NCBI GenBank assembly: GCA_041671225.1
Contig: JBAZBY010000001.1
Location: forward strand, 302,940 to 366,939
Length of the DNA stretch: 64,000 nucleotides
Direction: 5' to 3'
Source of the DNA: Patescibacteria group bacterium
GTDB lineage: Bacteria; Patescibacteriota; Patescibacteriia; JBAZBY01
Shown: in pieces, positions 29,755-40,093 of the stretch
How positions within the stretch are numbered: position 1 is the first letter of the stretch
How the letters are laid out: the number at the start of each line of letters is the position of its first letter
Translations under genes and position numbers: made by a program
The notes under the pieces: model-generated
What the model saw: the letters and a program-made list of their open reading frames with translations, nothing else
Told to the model about the DNA's origin: nothing
The model's database searches: none

Positions 29755-31692
29755 ATGCCGGAGAAAACGGCGCAAAAGCCCGGCAGAGCCGGGTCCGGCT
29801 CTGCCGGAAAGACTACCCAGGGGAAACAGGGCCGATTTAGTAAAAACGAGCCTCGCCCAGAGGCGGGCCGCTTTCTGCAACTTGCAGTGTCGGGCTATGC
29901 CAAGGTGCTTGGTTTAGGAGTGCTCTTGCTTATTGCAGGCGTCCTTGCTGGCATTGCAACGCTTACGCATGTGTATGCGCAGCGGGTGTACCCGGGCGTG
30001 GTGCTGGGCGCTATGGATACGGCTGGTAAAACAGCAGATGAGCTACACACAGAGCTCACAAAATATTCTGATGCGCTCGCAACGCGTGGCGTGACGTTTA
30101 TGTATGGCGACAATACCGTTGCGCTTTCTCCAGTGGTACTTCCAGAAGGTGGTACGGATTTTGCATATGAAATGTTTGGAATTGACGTTGATGCATCGGT
30201 CGCAGAGGCGCTGGCGGTTGGGCGTACTGGTTCAGTGCTTGGGCAACGGATCGCGCTTGCCGACGCCGTGCTGACAAAAGAAGAGCTTCCTTTACACTAT
30301 TCCTTTGACCGCGAGTCGCTGATGAATATTTTGAGACAGGAATTCAGTGACGTATTGGTGCCAGCACAGGATGCTGAGTTTCGCTTGGATGACGAAGGCA
30401 CTCTTTTTGTATTGCCAAATGTTGATGGCATAACCCTGAGTTTTGATACTGCGCTTGCAACATTGGAGGCAGCCCTTGCCGACGGGCGAGTCCCAGAGCC
30501 GTTCATACTCACGCAAGAGATTGCACGAGCAACCGCGAAGGAGCAAGATTTGCTTGGCGCAGTTGCCGCTGTGCAGGAAGTGTTGGATCAAGGCACCATT
30601 GTTCTTACTGGTCCAGATGAAAAACGATGGGAATATGCGCCAGCACAGTATGCGCCGTTTATGAGCGTGGGGACGCAGGGTGAGCTGATACTGAATCGTC
30701 GTACCGCAAAAACAGCGCTTGATGTGATCGGCAATGAGGTGGTTATTGAGCCGAAGAACGGCAAGTTCGAGCGGCAGGGCGATAAGGTTATTGAGTTTCA
30801 GGTAGCAGATAACGGCCGCAAGTTAAATATGGACGCGACGCAGGATGTGCTTGCGACGCTTCTTCTTACCAAGCAGAAGGAAGGGGCGATCGTTTTGGAA
30901 ACGCTTGAGCCGGAGGTGACCTCTGAGGAAATCACCACACTCGGCCTCGCGGATCTTATTGGCGTTGGGCATTCCAACTTTGCCGGTTCACCAACAAACC
31001 GGCGCCACAATATTGCCGTGGGTGCCGCAGCAGTCCATGGCTCGCTCATTGCACCAGGAGAAGAGTTCTCCTTAGTCAAGACGCTCGGTCGTATTGATGG
31101 TACCACTGGTTATCGGCAGGAACTGGTCATTAAGGGTAACAAAACCATTCCTGAATATGGCGGGGGCTTATGCCAGATCGGCACCACCACATTCCGTGGC
31201 GCGCTTGCATCAGGCCTACCCATTACCGCGAGGACGAATCATTCATACGCAGTGAGTTATTATAATGACGAGAATGGTCTTCCTGGAACAGATGCAACGA
31301 TCTACGACCCCGCGCCTGACTTCCGCTTCATGAATGACACCGGACACTACGTACTCATTCAAACACGCATCGATGGGAATAACCTCTATTTTGAATATTG
31401 GGGTACGGACGATGGCCGCGTTGTGCAGCAGACAAAACCAGTTGTCTTTGGACGCGTGGCGCCGCCGCCAACAAAATATATTGAAACAACTGACCTCGCG
31501 CCCGGCCAGGAGAAGTGCACCGAGAGCGCGCATGCTGGCATCAACGCGCAGTTCACCTATACCGTGACCTATCCAGACGGCGAAGTGAAGGAAGAAGTTT
31601 TTACGAGCCATTACCGGCCGTGGCAGGCGGTGTGTCTTCGCGGTGTTGCACCAGAAGATAAAATAGAGACACCGGAAGAAAGTACGCCATAA
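29755..31692 (+). CDS. VanW-family protein (membrane-anchored, VanW domain)
   Basis: 645 aa with an N-terminal TM. GGGLCQIGTTTFRGALASG matches the VanW GGG-CQ-S-T signature. Confidence 0.7.
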   Translation: MPEKTAQKPGRAGSGSAGKTTQGKQGRFSKNEPRPEAGRFLQLAVSGYAKVLGLGVLLLIAGVLAGIATLTHVYAQRVYPGVVLGAMDTAGKTADELHTELTKYSDALATRGVTFMYGDNTVALSPVVLPEGGTDFAYEMFGIDVDASVAEALAVGRTGSVLGQRIALADAVLTKEELPLHYSFDRESLMNILRQEFSDVLVPAQDAEFRLDDEGTLFVLPNVDGITLSFDTALATLEAALADGRVPEPFILTQEIARATAKEQDLLGAVAAVQEVLDQGTIVLTGPDEKRWEYAPAQYAPFMSVGTQGELILNRRTAKTALDVIGNEVVIEPKNGKFERQGDKVIEFQVADNGRKLNMDATQDVLATLLLTKQKEGAIVLETLEPEVTSEEITTLGLADLIGVGHSNFAGSPTNRRHNIAVGAAAVHGSLIAPGEEFSLVKTLGRIDGTTGYRQELVIKGNKTIPEYGGGLCQIGTTTFRGALASGLPITARTNHSYAVSYYNDENGLPGTDATIYDPAPDFRFMNDTGHYVLIQTRIDGNNLYFEYWGTDDGRVVQQTKPVVFGRVAPPPTKYIETTDLAPGQEKCTESAHAGINAQFTYTVTYPDGEVKEEVFTSHYRPWQAVCLRGVAPEDKIETPEESTP

Positions 31693-31695
31693 CAA

Positions 31696-31728
31696 AACAC
31701 CCCCGCAGTGCGGGGGTGTTCTTCGTTT
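31696..31728 (+). terminator. Rho-independent terminator after VanW gene
   Basis: cacccccgc-agtg-cgggggtg followed by ttcttcgttt. Confidence 0.55.
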
Positions 31729-31730
31729 GC

Positions 31731-31842
31731 TCTATAACAATCTGCGCTCAAGAAGACGAGAGGAGGGCGATGAGAAGGAGGGGGGACCTGCTCAAACCAA
31801 ACTTTCGTCTCCATGCTTGTCGTGAGCGCAGGTTGTTATAGA
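31731..31842. repeat. Intergenic element bounded by 19-bp imperfect inverted repeats (tctataacaatctgcgctc / gagcgcaggttgttataga), 74-bp purine-rich spacer
   Basis: Arms at 31731-31749 and 31824-31842 are reverse complements with 1 mismatch. Spacer contains gaggagggcgatgagaaggagggggga. Confidence 0.5.
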
Positions 31843-31961
31843 TCACCTGTTCCTTTTCCAGGCGGAACCAAGCACACTATCACAGGAATGGTCACTTGTC
31901 AAGGCTAGTGCCGCAGTGTAGCATAAAAAGGCCGTAAATATTAGAAAAATCAGCAAATCCT

Positions 31962-33473
31962 ATGCAGATAACCGTCGCAAAGCGACCGGGGACAGTAGGC
32001 CTCGCCTTGAGTCTTTTTCTCAATGAAAAGCCCGCAACGCACCCATTGTGGAAGAATCTTTCTCCTGCAGCGCGCAAATGTATTGCGGACGTTATAAAAA
32101 AGAAAGGCTTTTCTGGCGCATTTGGTGAGATAAAAATAGTGGAGGCAGGAAGTGGAAAAATACAACAGGTGTTGCTCCTTGGGCTTGGGAAGAAAAGTGC
32201 GTACCACCATCGCCGCATGGCGCGTGGCATGCAGCTTCTCATCAAAACAGCGCGTGATCAAAAAATACATGAACTTTCTTTTGCGCCAACGCCGATGCAG
32301 ATTGGTGACTGGGAAGTGGAACGAAACACAGAAGCGCTTGGCGTTGCCGTCTACATGGCAAACTATGCCTTTGATCTCCATAAGAAGGCGCCGGCTGGCG
32401 GCCATCATAGAGTAAAAAAAGTGGAGTTTGTCGTTGAGGCAGAACAGAGCGCAGAAGTTCGGCGCGGCCTTGCAAGCGCAAAGGTGATTGGAGAAGCAAT
32501 GAACGAAGAGCGCGATCTCGCCAACACGCCGGGCGGCACCATGACGCCAAAACTTCTTGTTGCCGCGGCAAAGAACATGCTCGCTGGGTTGCCAGTGAAG
32601 ATGACCGTTCTTGGTGAAAAGGATATGGAGAAGAAGGGCATGGGAGCTGTGTTGAGCGTGGGCAAGGGCTCCCGCGAGGAATCCCAGTTTCTTATTATGG
32701 AATACCTGCCGCTTAAAAATGAGCGGCCACTTGTGTTTGCTGGCAAGGGCGTGACCTTTGATTCCGGTGGACTCAACCTCAAACCAGAGCAGGGTATCAC
32801 GGATATGCATCATGACATGGCTGGAGCAGGAGCAGTGATTGCGGCAATCAAGTCAATTGCGGCACTGAAGGTGCAACGTAATGTTGTTGGGCTGTGTCCA
32901 ATGGTTGAAAACATGCCAGGCGGATCAGGGTATCGGCCGGGGGACATCATCACATCGCTTTCTGGCAAGACAATTGAAATCGCAAACACCGATGCTGAAG
33001 GCCGTGTGATCCTTGCGGATGCGCTCACATTCGCAAAAGAATATAACCCCCTTTTTGTGGTTGATGTTGCAACGCTGACAGGTGCGGTGATTGTGGCCCT
33101 CGGAAAACGACTTATTGCCGGGCTTTCACCAAACGAAGGATTAGCATTGAACATTCGTACCTTCTCAGAGCCTTCTGGTGATTATGTGTGGCCTCTGCCT
33201 CTTTGGGAGGAATTTGAAGATGATATTAAGGGAACATTTGCTGACGTCAGCAATATGGGCAAGGTTCGCGGTGCAGGCGGCGTGATCACGGCGGCAATGT
33301 TTCTCAAGCAATTCGCGGAAGGCTATGAATGGCTTCACCTTGATATTGCGTCAACAATGGTCGCCACAGAGGGTCAACACTTAAGTCCCGGCGCAACCGG
33401 CACTGGTGTGCGATTTCTCGTTGATATTGCGCGTCGTTTTGAAGAATTAGCACCATATTTGAAGAAAGCATGA
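31962..33473 (+). CDS. pepA: Leucyl aminopeptidase (M17 family)
   Basis: 503 aa with the NTDAEGRV signature and C-terminal catalytic-domain residues. Confidence 0.9.
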   Translation: MQITVAKRPGTVGLALSLFLNEKPATHPLWKNLSPAARKCIADVIKKKGFSGAFGEIKIVEAGSGKIQQVLLLGLGKKSAYHHRRMARGMQLLIKTARDQKIHELSFAPTPMQIGDWEVERNTEALGVAVYMANYAFDLHKKAPAGGHHRVKKVEFVVEAEQSAEVRRGLASAKVIGEAMNEERDLANTPGGTMTPKLLVAAAKNMLAGLPVKMTVLGEKDMEKKGMGAVLSVGKGSREESQFLIMEYLPLKNERPLVFAGKGVTFDSGGLNLKPEQGITDMHHDMAGAGAVIAAIKSIAALKVQRNVVGLCPMVENMPGGSGYRPGDIITSLSGKTIEIANTDAEGRVILADALTFAKEYNPLFVVDVATLTGAVIVALGKRLIAGLSPNEGLALNIRTFSEPSGDYVWPLPLWEEFEDDIKGTFADVSNMGKVRGAGGVITAAMFLKQFAEGYEWLHLDIASTMVATEGQHLSPGATGTGVRFLVDIARRFEELAPYLKKA

Positions 33474-34495
33474 AGAAGGATCCGGACGTTCTTGGGAGCA
33501 CCGATAAAGAGGAAGAAGAACTTCTTACCGTGAAGCTGCGCCCGCAGCGCATGGATGAATACGTTGGACAAGAGGGTATTAAAGAGAATCTCCGAATTTT
33601 TGTTGAAGCAGCAAAACAGCGCAATGAACCTTTGGATCATGTTTTACTCCATGGCGCTCCCGGGCTTGGCAAAACGACACTCGCGCACATTATTGCTGGT
33701 GAGCGAGGTTCTGCGCTCCGCATCACGAGCGGCCCTGCGCTGGAGCGTGCTGGTGATCTTGCCGCGATTCTCAGCAACCTTGAAGAAGGCGACGTACTGT
33801 TTATTGATGAGATTCACCGTCTTTCCAAGACCGTTGAAGAAGTATTGTATCCGGCAATGGAGGAGTATCAAATTGATATGGTCGTGGGCAAAGGCCCAAG
33901 TGCGCGCACCATACGGATGGATTTGCCGAAGTTCACCATTATTGGTGCGACAACACGCGTACATCTCCTTTCCTCGCCGCTTCGCGACCGCTTTGGGACC
34001 ACTTTCCGCCTGGACTATTATTCTGACGAGGAGATTGCAAAGATCATCTCACGTTCAGCAAGCATCCTTGGAATCAAAGTGTTTGAGAATGCAGAAGCGT
34101 CCATTGCCCGGCGGTCTCGCCGCACTCCGCGCGTTGCGAACAGACTCTTAAAGCGCGTACGCGACTTTGCAGAGGTGGAGGGTGAAGGTACCATTACCCC
34201 GGGCATTACTGAGATCGCGTTGAACAATCTCCGCATTGATTCCCTTGGACTTGAGCACGCAGACCGCGAGATTCTCCTCACGATCATAGAAAAATTTCGT
34301 GGCGGTCCCGTGGGCCTTTCGACGCTTGCGGCTTCAACTGCGGAGGATCTGGATACCATATCAGATATTTATGAACCATTTTTGATGCAGGTTGGCTTGC
34401 TCCAACGCACTCCACGCGGTCGCATCGCAACGCCCGCAGCGTACAAGCATTTGGAAATTCCATTGCCAGCGGATTACACATTATTTTCAACATGA
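33470..34495 (+). CDS. ruvB: Holliday junction branch migration helicase RuvB
   Basis: 341 aa. [13 protein letters not shown], Walker [12 protein letters not shown], Walker [11 protein letters not shown]. Start overlaps the pepA stop (ATGA). Confidence 0.95.
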   Translation: MKKDPDVLGSTDKEEEELLTVKLRPQRMDEYVGQEGIKENLRIFVEAAKQRNEPLDHVLLHGAPGLGKTTLAHIIAGERGSALRITSGPALERAGDLAAILSNLEEGDVLFIDEIHRLSKTVEEVLYPAMEEYQIDMVVGKGPSARTIRMDLPKFTIIGATTRVHLLSSPLRDRFGTTFRLDYYSDEEIAKIISRSASILGIKVFENAEASIARRSRRTPRVANRLLKRVRDFAEVEGEGTITPGITEIALNNLRIDSLGLEHADREILLTIIEKFRGGPVGLSTLAASTAEDLDTISDIYEPFLMQVGLLQRTPRGRIATPAAYKHLEIPLPADYTLFST

Positions 34496-34749
34496 TCATC
34501 CCTCTCTTTATACCTATTGTCCTTACTTTTCTTTTTGCGGCTGCCATAGCTGTGATTTCGGGATTTCAGATGTATCATGTGTATTCTTTTGGAGTGTGGG
34601 ATAAGACCAACATCGGCGTCGCCGCCATTTTTCTTATTTTCAGTGTTACCCTCATCGCTGTGATGATTATGTTGATTGTGGCAACAGATTGGTCACAGCC
34701 CATCACGCAAATGACTTTGCCATTTTTTTCACAGTCCAATGCTCAATAA
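34492..34749 (+). CDS. Small hypothetical membrane protein
   Basis: 85 aa with 2-3 TM segments, translationally coupled to ruvB. Confidence 0.4.
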   Translation: MIIPLFIPIVLTFLFAAAIAVISGFQMYHVYSFGVWDKTNIGVAAIFLIFSVTLIAVMIMLIVATDWSQPITQMTLPFFSQSNAQ

Positions 34750-35365
34750 GATCCTTCCAAGGCCATTTACAGACGAAAAGCCGGTTCTCCTTCTCCGACG
34801 CCATTGGTTCGTGCTGACACAGCATATTGCACAAGCAATACTCCTATTGCTCGTACCGTTTCTCGTGCTCGCACTTCTCAATATTCTTGACGTACATCTA
34901 GCTATTGAGTTGGGCGATCCGTTGTTTGCGATTATTGTTATGTTCATCATCATTTATTCTGGTATCATTCTTCTTTTTCTCTTCACGTCATGGCTGGATT
35001 ATTCGCTTGATATTTGGCTTGTAACAAATTATCGCATTGTCAGTGTGGAGCAAATGGGGCTTTTTAATCGCACTATCTCTGAGTATCGCCTGGATCGCAT
35101 GCAAGATATCACAAGCGAGGTGAAAGGCTTCATAAAAACAATGGTGCAATTCGGGGATGTGAGAATCCAAACCGCCAGCGAACAACAGCAATTTATCTTG
35201 AAGGATATTCCGGATCCAAATGCGGTGACGCGGCGAATCATCGAATTGCAAAATGACGCGCTTTTACGTTCGATGCATGATACGCAGGATGGTCTTTCAG
35301 GTGGGCAGCGCATACGGCCAATTCCCAAGCAAACGGATACGCAAAATCCCGCTCAGAAAAATTAA
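34739..35365 (+). CDS. Bacterial PH-domain (YdbS/YdbT-like, DUF304) membrane protein
   Basis: 208 aa. Two TM segments followed by a bPH-like region (VTNYRIVSVEQMGLFNRTISEYRLDRMQDI). Confidence 0.55.
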   Translation: MLNKILPRPFTDEKPVLLLRRHWFVLTQHIAQAILLLLVPFLVLALLNILDVHLAIELGDPLFAIIVMFIIIYSGIILLFLFTSWLDYSLDIWLVTNYRIVSVEQMGLFNRTISEYRLDRMQDITSEVKGFIKTMVQFGDVRIQTASEQQQFILKDIPDPNAVTRRIIELQNDALLRSMHDTQDGLSGGQRIRPIPKQTDTQNPAQKN

Positions 35366-35404
35366 GGAGAGCGGAATTCTGCGCGAAAGAGCGCGGTTAA
35401 TTAT

Positions 35405-35569
35405 TAGCGTTCATCACAAAAACCTCATTTCGGCTCCGAGTCGCGGTTTTTGGCTGCGGCTTGCGGCTCCGACTCGACGGAGCATTTACTCCGACTCGTC
35501 GTCCGCCGCTTCGCCTCGCCAGGAAAACCACGTCTCTCGCCAAGAAAGCAGGTTTTGTAATGAACGCTA
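35405..35569. repeat. Intergenic structured element bounded by ~19-bp inverted repeats (tagcgttcatcacaaaaacc / ggttttgtaatgaacgcta) with nested ctccga(g/c)tcg repeats
   Basis: Arms at 35405-35424 and 35551-35569. Three inner copies at about 35435, 35467 and 35489 include mutually complementary cgagtcg/cgactcg. Right arm overlaps the spoIID-like stop codon. Confidence 0.5.
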
Positions 35570-37582
35570 GTAGAGCTTCATGAGCTCCGTATCTTTGTAA
35601 TAGTAAGAAAGAATTTTTTCTGCGCTCCAGCCTTCCTCGTATGCAAAATGCAGCGCACCGAGGGCAGACATGCCAACGCCGTGACCAAAGAGCGGTTTGT
35701 CAGTGCAGTATGGGTCAGGGACGCTTTGCAGCCATGGGTACGGGCCGCCGTACCATACTTCTTCCCACGCACGCGTGCGGCCATCAGAATGAGAGAAGTA
35801 TGGCGTGATGACGGGCACGCCTTCATAGGAAACAACGAGTCCGCGTGTTGCTTGTACAGACTTTGCGATATCACCTGCGCGGAGTTCCCATTCGTAACCA
35901 CGATATACCTGGTCATACGTTGTGTGGACATGAAAACCACGACCGCCATGCTTTGTGCTCTCGAGAGTGCTATTGAGAAATTGCACGCCACGGTTGTAAT
36001 GGTAATAAGCATAACTTCGGGAGGCGATCGCAAGCGATTTAAGGTACTCCATGGGATTTCCGTTTGAGGTCTCTGCAATACCCGCAAGGTAGTGTTCCAT
36101 TGGGAGTTCATTAATGACCCAATACTTGCTATCCTTTGTGCTCCAACGTACTTCTATGACGCCGCGAAAGGTATTGTCATTAAGCGCAGTGTTCCAGCCC
36201 GGCCGGTTTTCATAACTCAAAACAGATATCACGCCATTATTCGTTGCCACCATGCGCACCGTCTCTTTTGTTGTTGTTGTTTTTTTATCAATACTAACAG
36301 TGAGTTCTTGACCACGAGGTTCGAGAGTTATTTTTGCATCTGCAGCGGCTTGCATGAATTTTTTCTTTCCAATATATACATCAGTTGCCGAGGATCCCGC
36401 AACAACAATAGGATCAAGAGTACTGGTAAGGCCGACGCGGATCTTTGGGTCACCTATTGCCTCGATGTCGATCTTTGGGTCACCCACCTGGAAGGAGTAT
36501 GTTGCGTTGCCTCCCTCGATCCATGCGTAGTCTTCTGCAACAAGACCAAAAGACTCCGTGTAGAGGCCTTCTGTTTCTGGCGCGAGCACGGCAAAGCGGA
36601 ACGTACCCGTTTCTCCTGGTGCGACGCTTGGTTCCATAAGGCGCGTCGGGCGGTATGAATGTTCATTCCAGAACTCATGCCGAAACGCCGAGTTACGGCC
36701 AGCAGGGTCAGTGACATTCATGGCAACAAACCGATTTCCGTTTCGTGTCCAGGTCTTTGTGCCGGTATTTTGGAATTGAAGTTCCAGCGTCATTGCCTTG
36801 CCCGGATCAATCTGTACAACCCTGGTCGTACTTGAAAGCTTTTTCGCTTTGTATGGATTATTGACCACCATGGTGAATGTTACTTCACCACCAGATATCC
36901 ATTCCAAATTCTCTGCGACCAACGCAAAGGATTCTGTATATCGGCCCGGTGCGTCTGGCGCGAGCACGGCAAAGCGGAACGTACCCGTTTCTCCTGGTGC
37001 TACGCTTGGTTCCATAAGGCGTGTTGGACGATAAGCGTATTCACGCCAAAATGAGTGGCGGAATTGTGAAGTACGCCCAGCAGGTTCGGCGACATTCAAG
37101 GCAACAAAATGTTCACCGGCATTCTGCCAGGTTGCGGTTCCGGTATTTTTGAATTTCACCTCAAGAGTGAATGCGCGTCCAGGTTCAAGTCGAACAACTT
37201 CTGCTGTTTGGCTCTTTAATGATGCTGCATACGTGGATGTCTTTGCAGAAGCGAGCCATGCATCGACAATTGGCTGCTCCTCGCTTGTCAGCTGAATGGA
37301 GCGACTATGATTTGGGGGCAGCAGGATATCGCTGGATTCTTCACTATCCCGTGCAGGAGCAACAACAGGTACTTCCTGTGCCTGTACCTTGTTTTCTTGG
37401 TAGTGTATTTCTACACGCTGCATGGCAAAAGCAGTTACGGCAACAATGACCACGGCAAAACCGAGTACACAGAATGTACTGATGATATTATGAGAGAGAC
37501 CCTCGGTCGTAGACCTACGGGTGAGACCTGTTTTGGTAGCTTTTTGGGGCGTAGGATGCCCTAAGGCAAGAGCAAGTTTCAT
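35567..37582 (-). CDS. SpoIID/LytB-domain protein with two tandem N-terminal ~125-aa repeat domains
   Basis: C-terminal SpoIID-like region (YLAGIAETSNGNPMEYLKSLAIASRSYAYYHY... GHGVGMSALGA). ATG at 37582 (track ORF starts at TTG 37594). N-terminal TM. Confidence 0.8.
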   Translation of the reverse strand: MKLALALGHPTPQKATKTGLTRRSTTEGLSHNIISTFCVLGFAVVIVAVTAFAMQRVEIHYQENKVQAQEVPVVAPARDSEESSDILLPPNHSRSIQLTSEEQPIVDAWLASAKTSTYAASLKSQTAEVVRLEPGRAFTLEVKFKNTGTATWQNAGEHFVALNVAEPAGRTSQFRHSFWREYAYRPTRLMEPSVAPGETGTFRFAVLAPDAPGRYTESFALVAENLEWISGGEVTFTMVVNNPYKAKKLSSTTRVVQIDPGKAMTLELQFQNTGTKTWTRNGNRFVAMNVTDPAGRNSAFRHEFWNEHSYRPTRLMEPSVAPGETGTFRFAVLAPETEGLYTESFGLVAEDYAWIEGGNATYSFQVGDPKIDIEAIGDPKIRVGLTSTLDPIVVAGSSATDVYIGKKKFMQAAADAKITLEPRGQELTVSIDKKTTTTKETVRMVATNNGVISVLSYENRPGWNTALNDNTFRGVIEVRWSTKDSKYWVINELPMEHYLAGIAETSNGNPMEYLKSLAIASRSYAYYHYNRGVQFLNSTLESTKHGGRGFHVHTTYDQVYRGYEWELRAGDIAKSVQATRGLVVSYEGVPVITPYFSHSDGRTRAWEEVWYGGPYPWLQSVPDPYCTDKPLFGHGVGMSALGALHFAYEEGWSAEKILSYYYKDTELMKLY
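36567..37021. repeat. Intragenic tandem duplication (period 388 nt) with 67-nt near-identical core copies at 36567-36633 and 36955-37021
   Basis: ctggcgcgagcacggcaaagcggaacgtacccgtttctcctggtgc(g/t)acgcttggttccataaggcg differs at one position. Flanking repeat sequence is diverged. Confidence 0.7.
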
Positions 37583-37784
37583 AAGCAACGTCAAGAAACA
37601 AAGAGAGAGAACCCAGATACAAAATGCCCCCCGCTAGGCCAGTGGCCTACGGAGGCAAAATTGTCGATTCTCTCAGACACGCTGGTTCGCGTATCTAGGT
37701 ATCATGATAGCATATGAAACGGCTTCATGTCAATGGAGAACGTTGCGAGGGTGGAACTGCGATGCTACTATGGAGAGCGCTTTT

Positions 37785-39218
37785 ATGTCATTCACCCGGG
37801 CGGTCGCCCACAATACAATTGTCCAGACCATAGGTAAAGCAATTTCCACATTATTAGGATTGATTACCTTTGCTTTACTCGCGCGTTATCTTGGGCAGGA
37901 AGGGTATGGTCATTATTATACGGTTTTGTCTTATCTTGGGTTTTTCTCCGTTCTTGCGGATTTTGGACTGTACATTATTGTTGCTCGCGAGCTTGGGAGA
38001 AAGGAAAAACCGGAGGGCGAGATTCTTGGGAATCTTCTCGCATTGCGGTTGGTGCTCGCCTTTATTATTCTGAGTATCGGCATTGTTCTTTCACTATTCT
38101 TTCCATACCCTGGCGTTGTGAAGATAAGTATTCTTGTGGGAGCAGCGAACTTTCTTTTTATCGCGGTCATACAATTATTGGTTGGGTTGTTTCAGGCGCA
38201 CCTTAACACGTTCTGGGTTGTGTTCGGTGAGATCATCGGGCGCTTGGTGGTTATCGGTCTTGTGTTACTCATTATTTCGAACGCAGGTGCACTCCCCTGG
38301 ATCATTGCCGCTGTGGTACTGGGAAGTTTTTCCAATTTTGTGATTATGCTTCTTGCCACGCGTCGTTTTGTGCGCCTTTCGCTTAAATTCGATATGGTGT
38401 ACTGGCGGTATATTCTACGGGAAACATTCCCCATCGCGGTATCCGTTATTCTTAATCTTATTTATTTCCGTCTCGACACGATATTACTTTCCATCTTTCA
38501 ACCTGCTTCTGAAGTCGGGTTGTATGGCGCAGCGTATAAGATTTTAGAAATTCTGGTCACATTCCCCAATATGTTTATTGGGCTGATACTCCCGGTGCTC
38601 TCGTATTGGGCATTGCATGATACTGATCGCTTCCGCCGTATCTTTCAGCGAGCGTTTGACCTCTTAATTGCAGGAGGACTCCCATTGGTTATTGGCGGTT
38701 TGTGGCTCGCGGAGCCGATTATTGTTCTCATCTCCGGTCAAGAATTCGCCGCAGCAGCGCCAGTGTTTCAACTCCTCCTTTTTGCCGTCTTTTCATTGTT
38801 TTTGGGCTCACTTTCTGGGCATGCCATTGTGGCTATTGGCAAGCAACGGGTGATGGTTTGGGTGTATCTCTGTATTGCAGTACTTGGTATTGGTGTGTAT
38901 TTGCTATTAATTCCGATATTTTCGTTTTATGGTGCGGCGTTTGGTACCATTCTTACAGAGACGCTGAGTATGAGCGTTGGGTACTTCATCATTTTGCGTA
39001 ACAAACGTTTTACACTCAACATTTGGGGCGTAGGGAGAGCGCTGCTTGCAAGCGCGTGTATGTCACTTGTGCTCTGGGCATTGCATCCGTATGGTCTCTT
39101 TATTAATCTTATTGCTGGCGGGTTCGTGTATGTTGGTGCACTCCTTGCGTTTGGAGGGATTCGACGTGATGAATTACTTGAAATAGTTCGTGGAAGAAAA
39201 AAGGAGACTGAAGCATGA
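37785..39218 (+). CDS. Polysaccharide/oligosaccharide flippase (Wzx-like, MOP superfamily)
   Basis: About 12 TM segments with a PST-family N-terminus (TIVQTIGKAISTLLGLITFALLARYLG). ATG at 37785 with GGAGAG upstream (track ORF starts at 37704). Confidence 0.75.
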   Translation: MSFTRAVAHNTIVQTIGKAISTLLGLITFALLARYLGQEGYGHYYTVLSYLGFFSVLADFGLYIIVARELGRKEKPEGEILGNLLALRLVLAFIILSIGIVLSLFFPYPGVVKISILVGAANFLFIAVIQLLVGLFQAHLNTFWVVFGEIIGRLVVIGLVLLIISNAGALPWIIAAVVLGSFSNFVIMLLATRRFVRLSLKFDMVYWRYILRETFPIAVSVILNLIYFRLDTILLSIFQPASEVGLYGAAYKILEILVTFPNMFIGLILPVLSYWALHDTDRFRRIFQRAFDLLIAGGLPLVIGGLWLAEPIIVLISGQEFAAAAPVFQLLLFAVFSLFLGSLSGHAIVAIGKQRVMVWVYLCIAVLGIGVYLLLIPIFSFYGAAFGTILTETLSMSVGYFIILRNKRFTLNIWGVGRALLASACMSLVLWALHPYGLFINLIAGGFVYVGALLAFGGIRRDELLEIVRGRKKETEA

Positions 39219-40093
39219 AGTGTTCTGTTGTTATTCCAACACTGAATCGCCCGGAGGCGGTCACGGGACTTGTCGAACAGATATTACGACAAGATTTTCA
39301 TGATAAGGAGATTATTATTGTTGACCAAAGTCCAGAGGTGAATATCGATTTGGAAAGACTTGATGCAACACGTAATGATGTCCGTTATCTCCGTCGAGAG
39401 AAGCCCTCAACAACAGCAGCGCGCAATATGGGATGGAAGACCGCGCAGGGAGAGATTATTGTTTTTTTTGATGATGATACGGATCTTCTTGATGCGCATG
39501 TGCTGTCTCAACACATCAAAAATTATGAGAATGAGAATATTGGTGGAGTTGGTGGGCGCGTAAAGGATGATCAGGCCCTGAACAAAATTGATGGAGGTCC
39601 CGTATGCGCAGTAACATGGACTGGAGTGATCCATCCCAATGCCGATTCGGATATGCGGCAGCCTATTTCAGCGCCGCGTGGGGGGAATATGTCCTTCAGG
39701 CGAAAGGTTATAGAAGAGGTTGGTGGCTTTGATGAACGCTTTCGTGGCAACGCAATGCGCGAGGAAACAGATTTTTCATTACGCGTTGTTCGCGCGGGAC
39801 ACATCATTATGTTTGACCCACTTGCCGCCGTTGCGCACCGCACCCTTCTTTATGGTGGGTCACGCGATAAAGATCGTATTTCTTGGTATGAGGATTTCTT
39901 TTTTAATGAAACGCTCTTTTTTGTGAAACATTTTCCCTTAACATTGTTTCCTCTGCTATTATTGCGCAAGACGCGACCGATTATTGCGTGCATGGTGTAT
40001 TATGGAAAGGGGAGACCCCGCGCACTTCGCGCGCCTTGGAAAGGAATTACCCACGGATGGAAAGCAGCCAGAATACCACTACAAAAAGATTAA
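39215..40093 (+). CDS. Family 2 glycosyltransferase
   Basis: MKCSVVIPTLNRPE..., DDDTD (DxD) motif, SD AAGGAG upstream. Overlaps the flippase stop (ATGA). Confidence 0.8.
   Translation: MKCSVVIPTLNRPEAVTGLVEQILRQDFHDKEIIIVDQSPEVNIDLERLDATRNDVRYLRREKPSTTAARNMGWKTAQGEIIVFFDDDTDLLDAHVLSQHIKNYENENIGGVGGRVKDDQALNKIDGGPVCAVTWTGVIHPNADSDMRQPISAPRGGNMSFRRKVIEEVGGFDERFRGNAMREETDFSLRVVRAGHIIMFDPLAAVAHRTLLYGGSRDKDRISWYEDFFFNETLFFVKHFPLTLFPLLLLRKTRPIIACMVYYGKGRPRALRAPWKGITHGWKAARIPLQKD

Noticed and set aside
31950-32813. 287-aa minus-strand ORF (and other minus ORFs 32242-33154) overlapping pepA
   Set aside because: It lies fully antisense to a well-supported M17 aminopeptidase gene, has no recognisable motifs and no RBS. 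It is a typical spurious antisense ORF in GC-balanced DNA.
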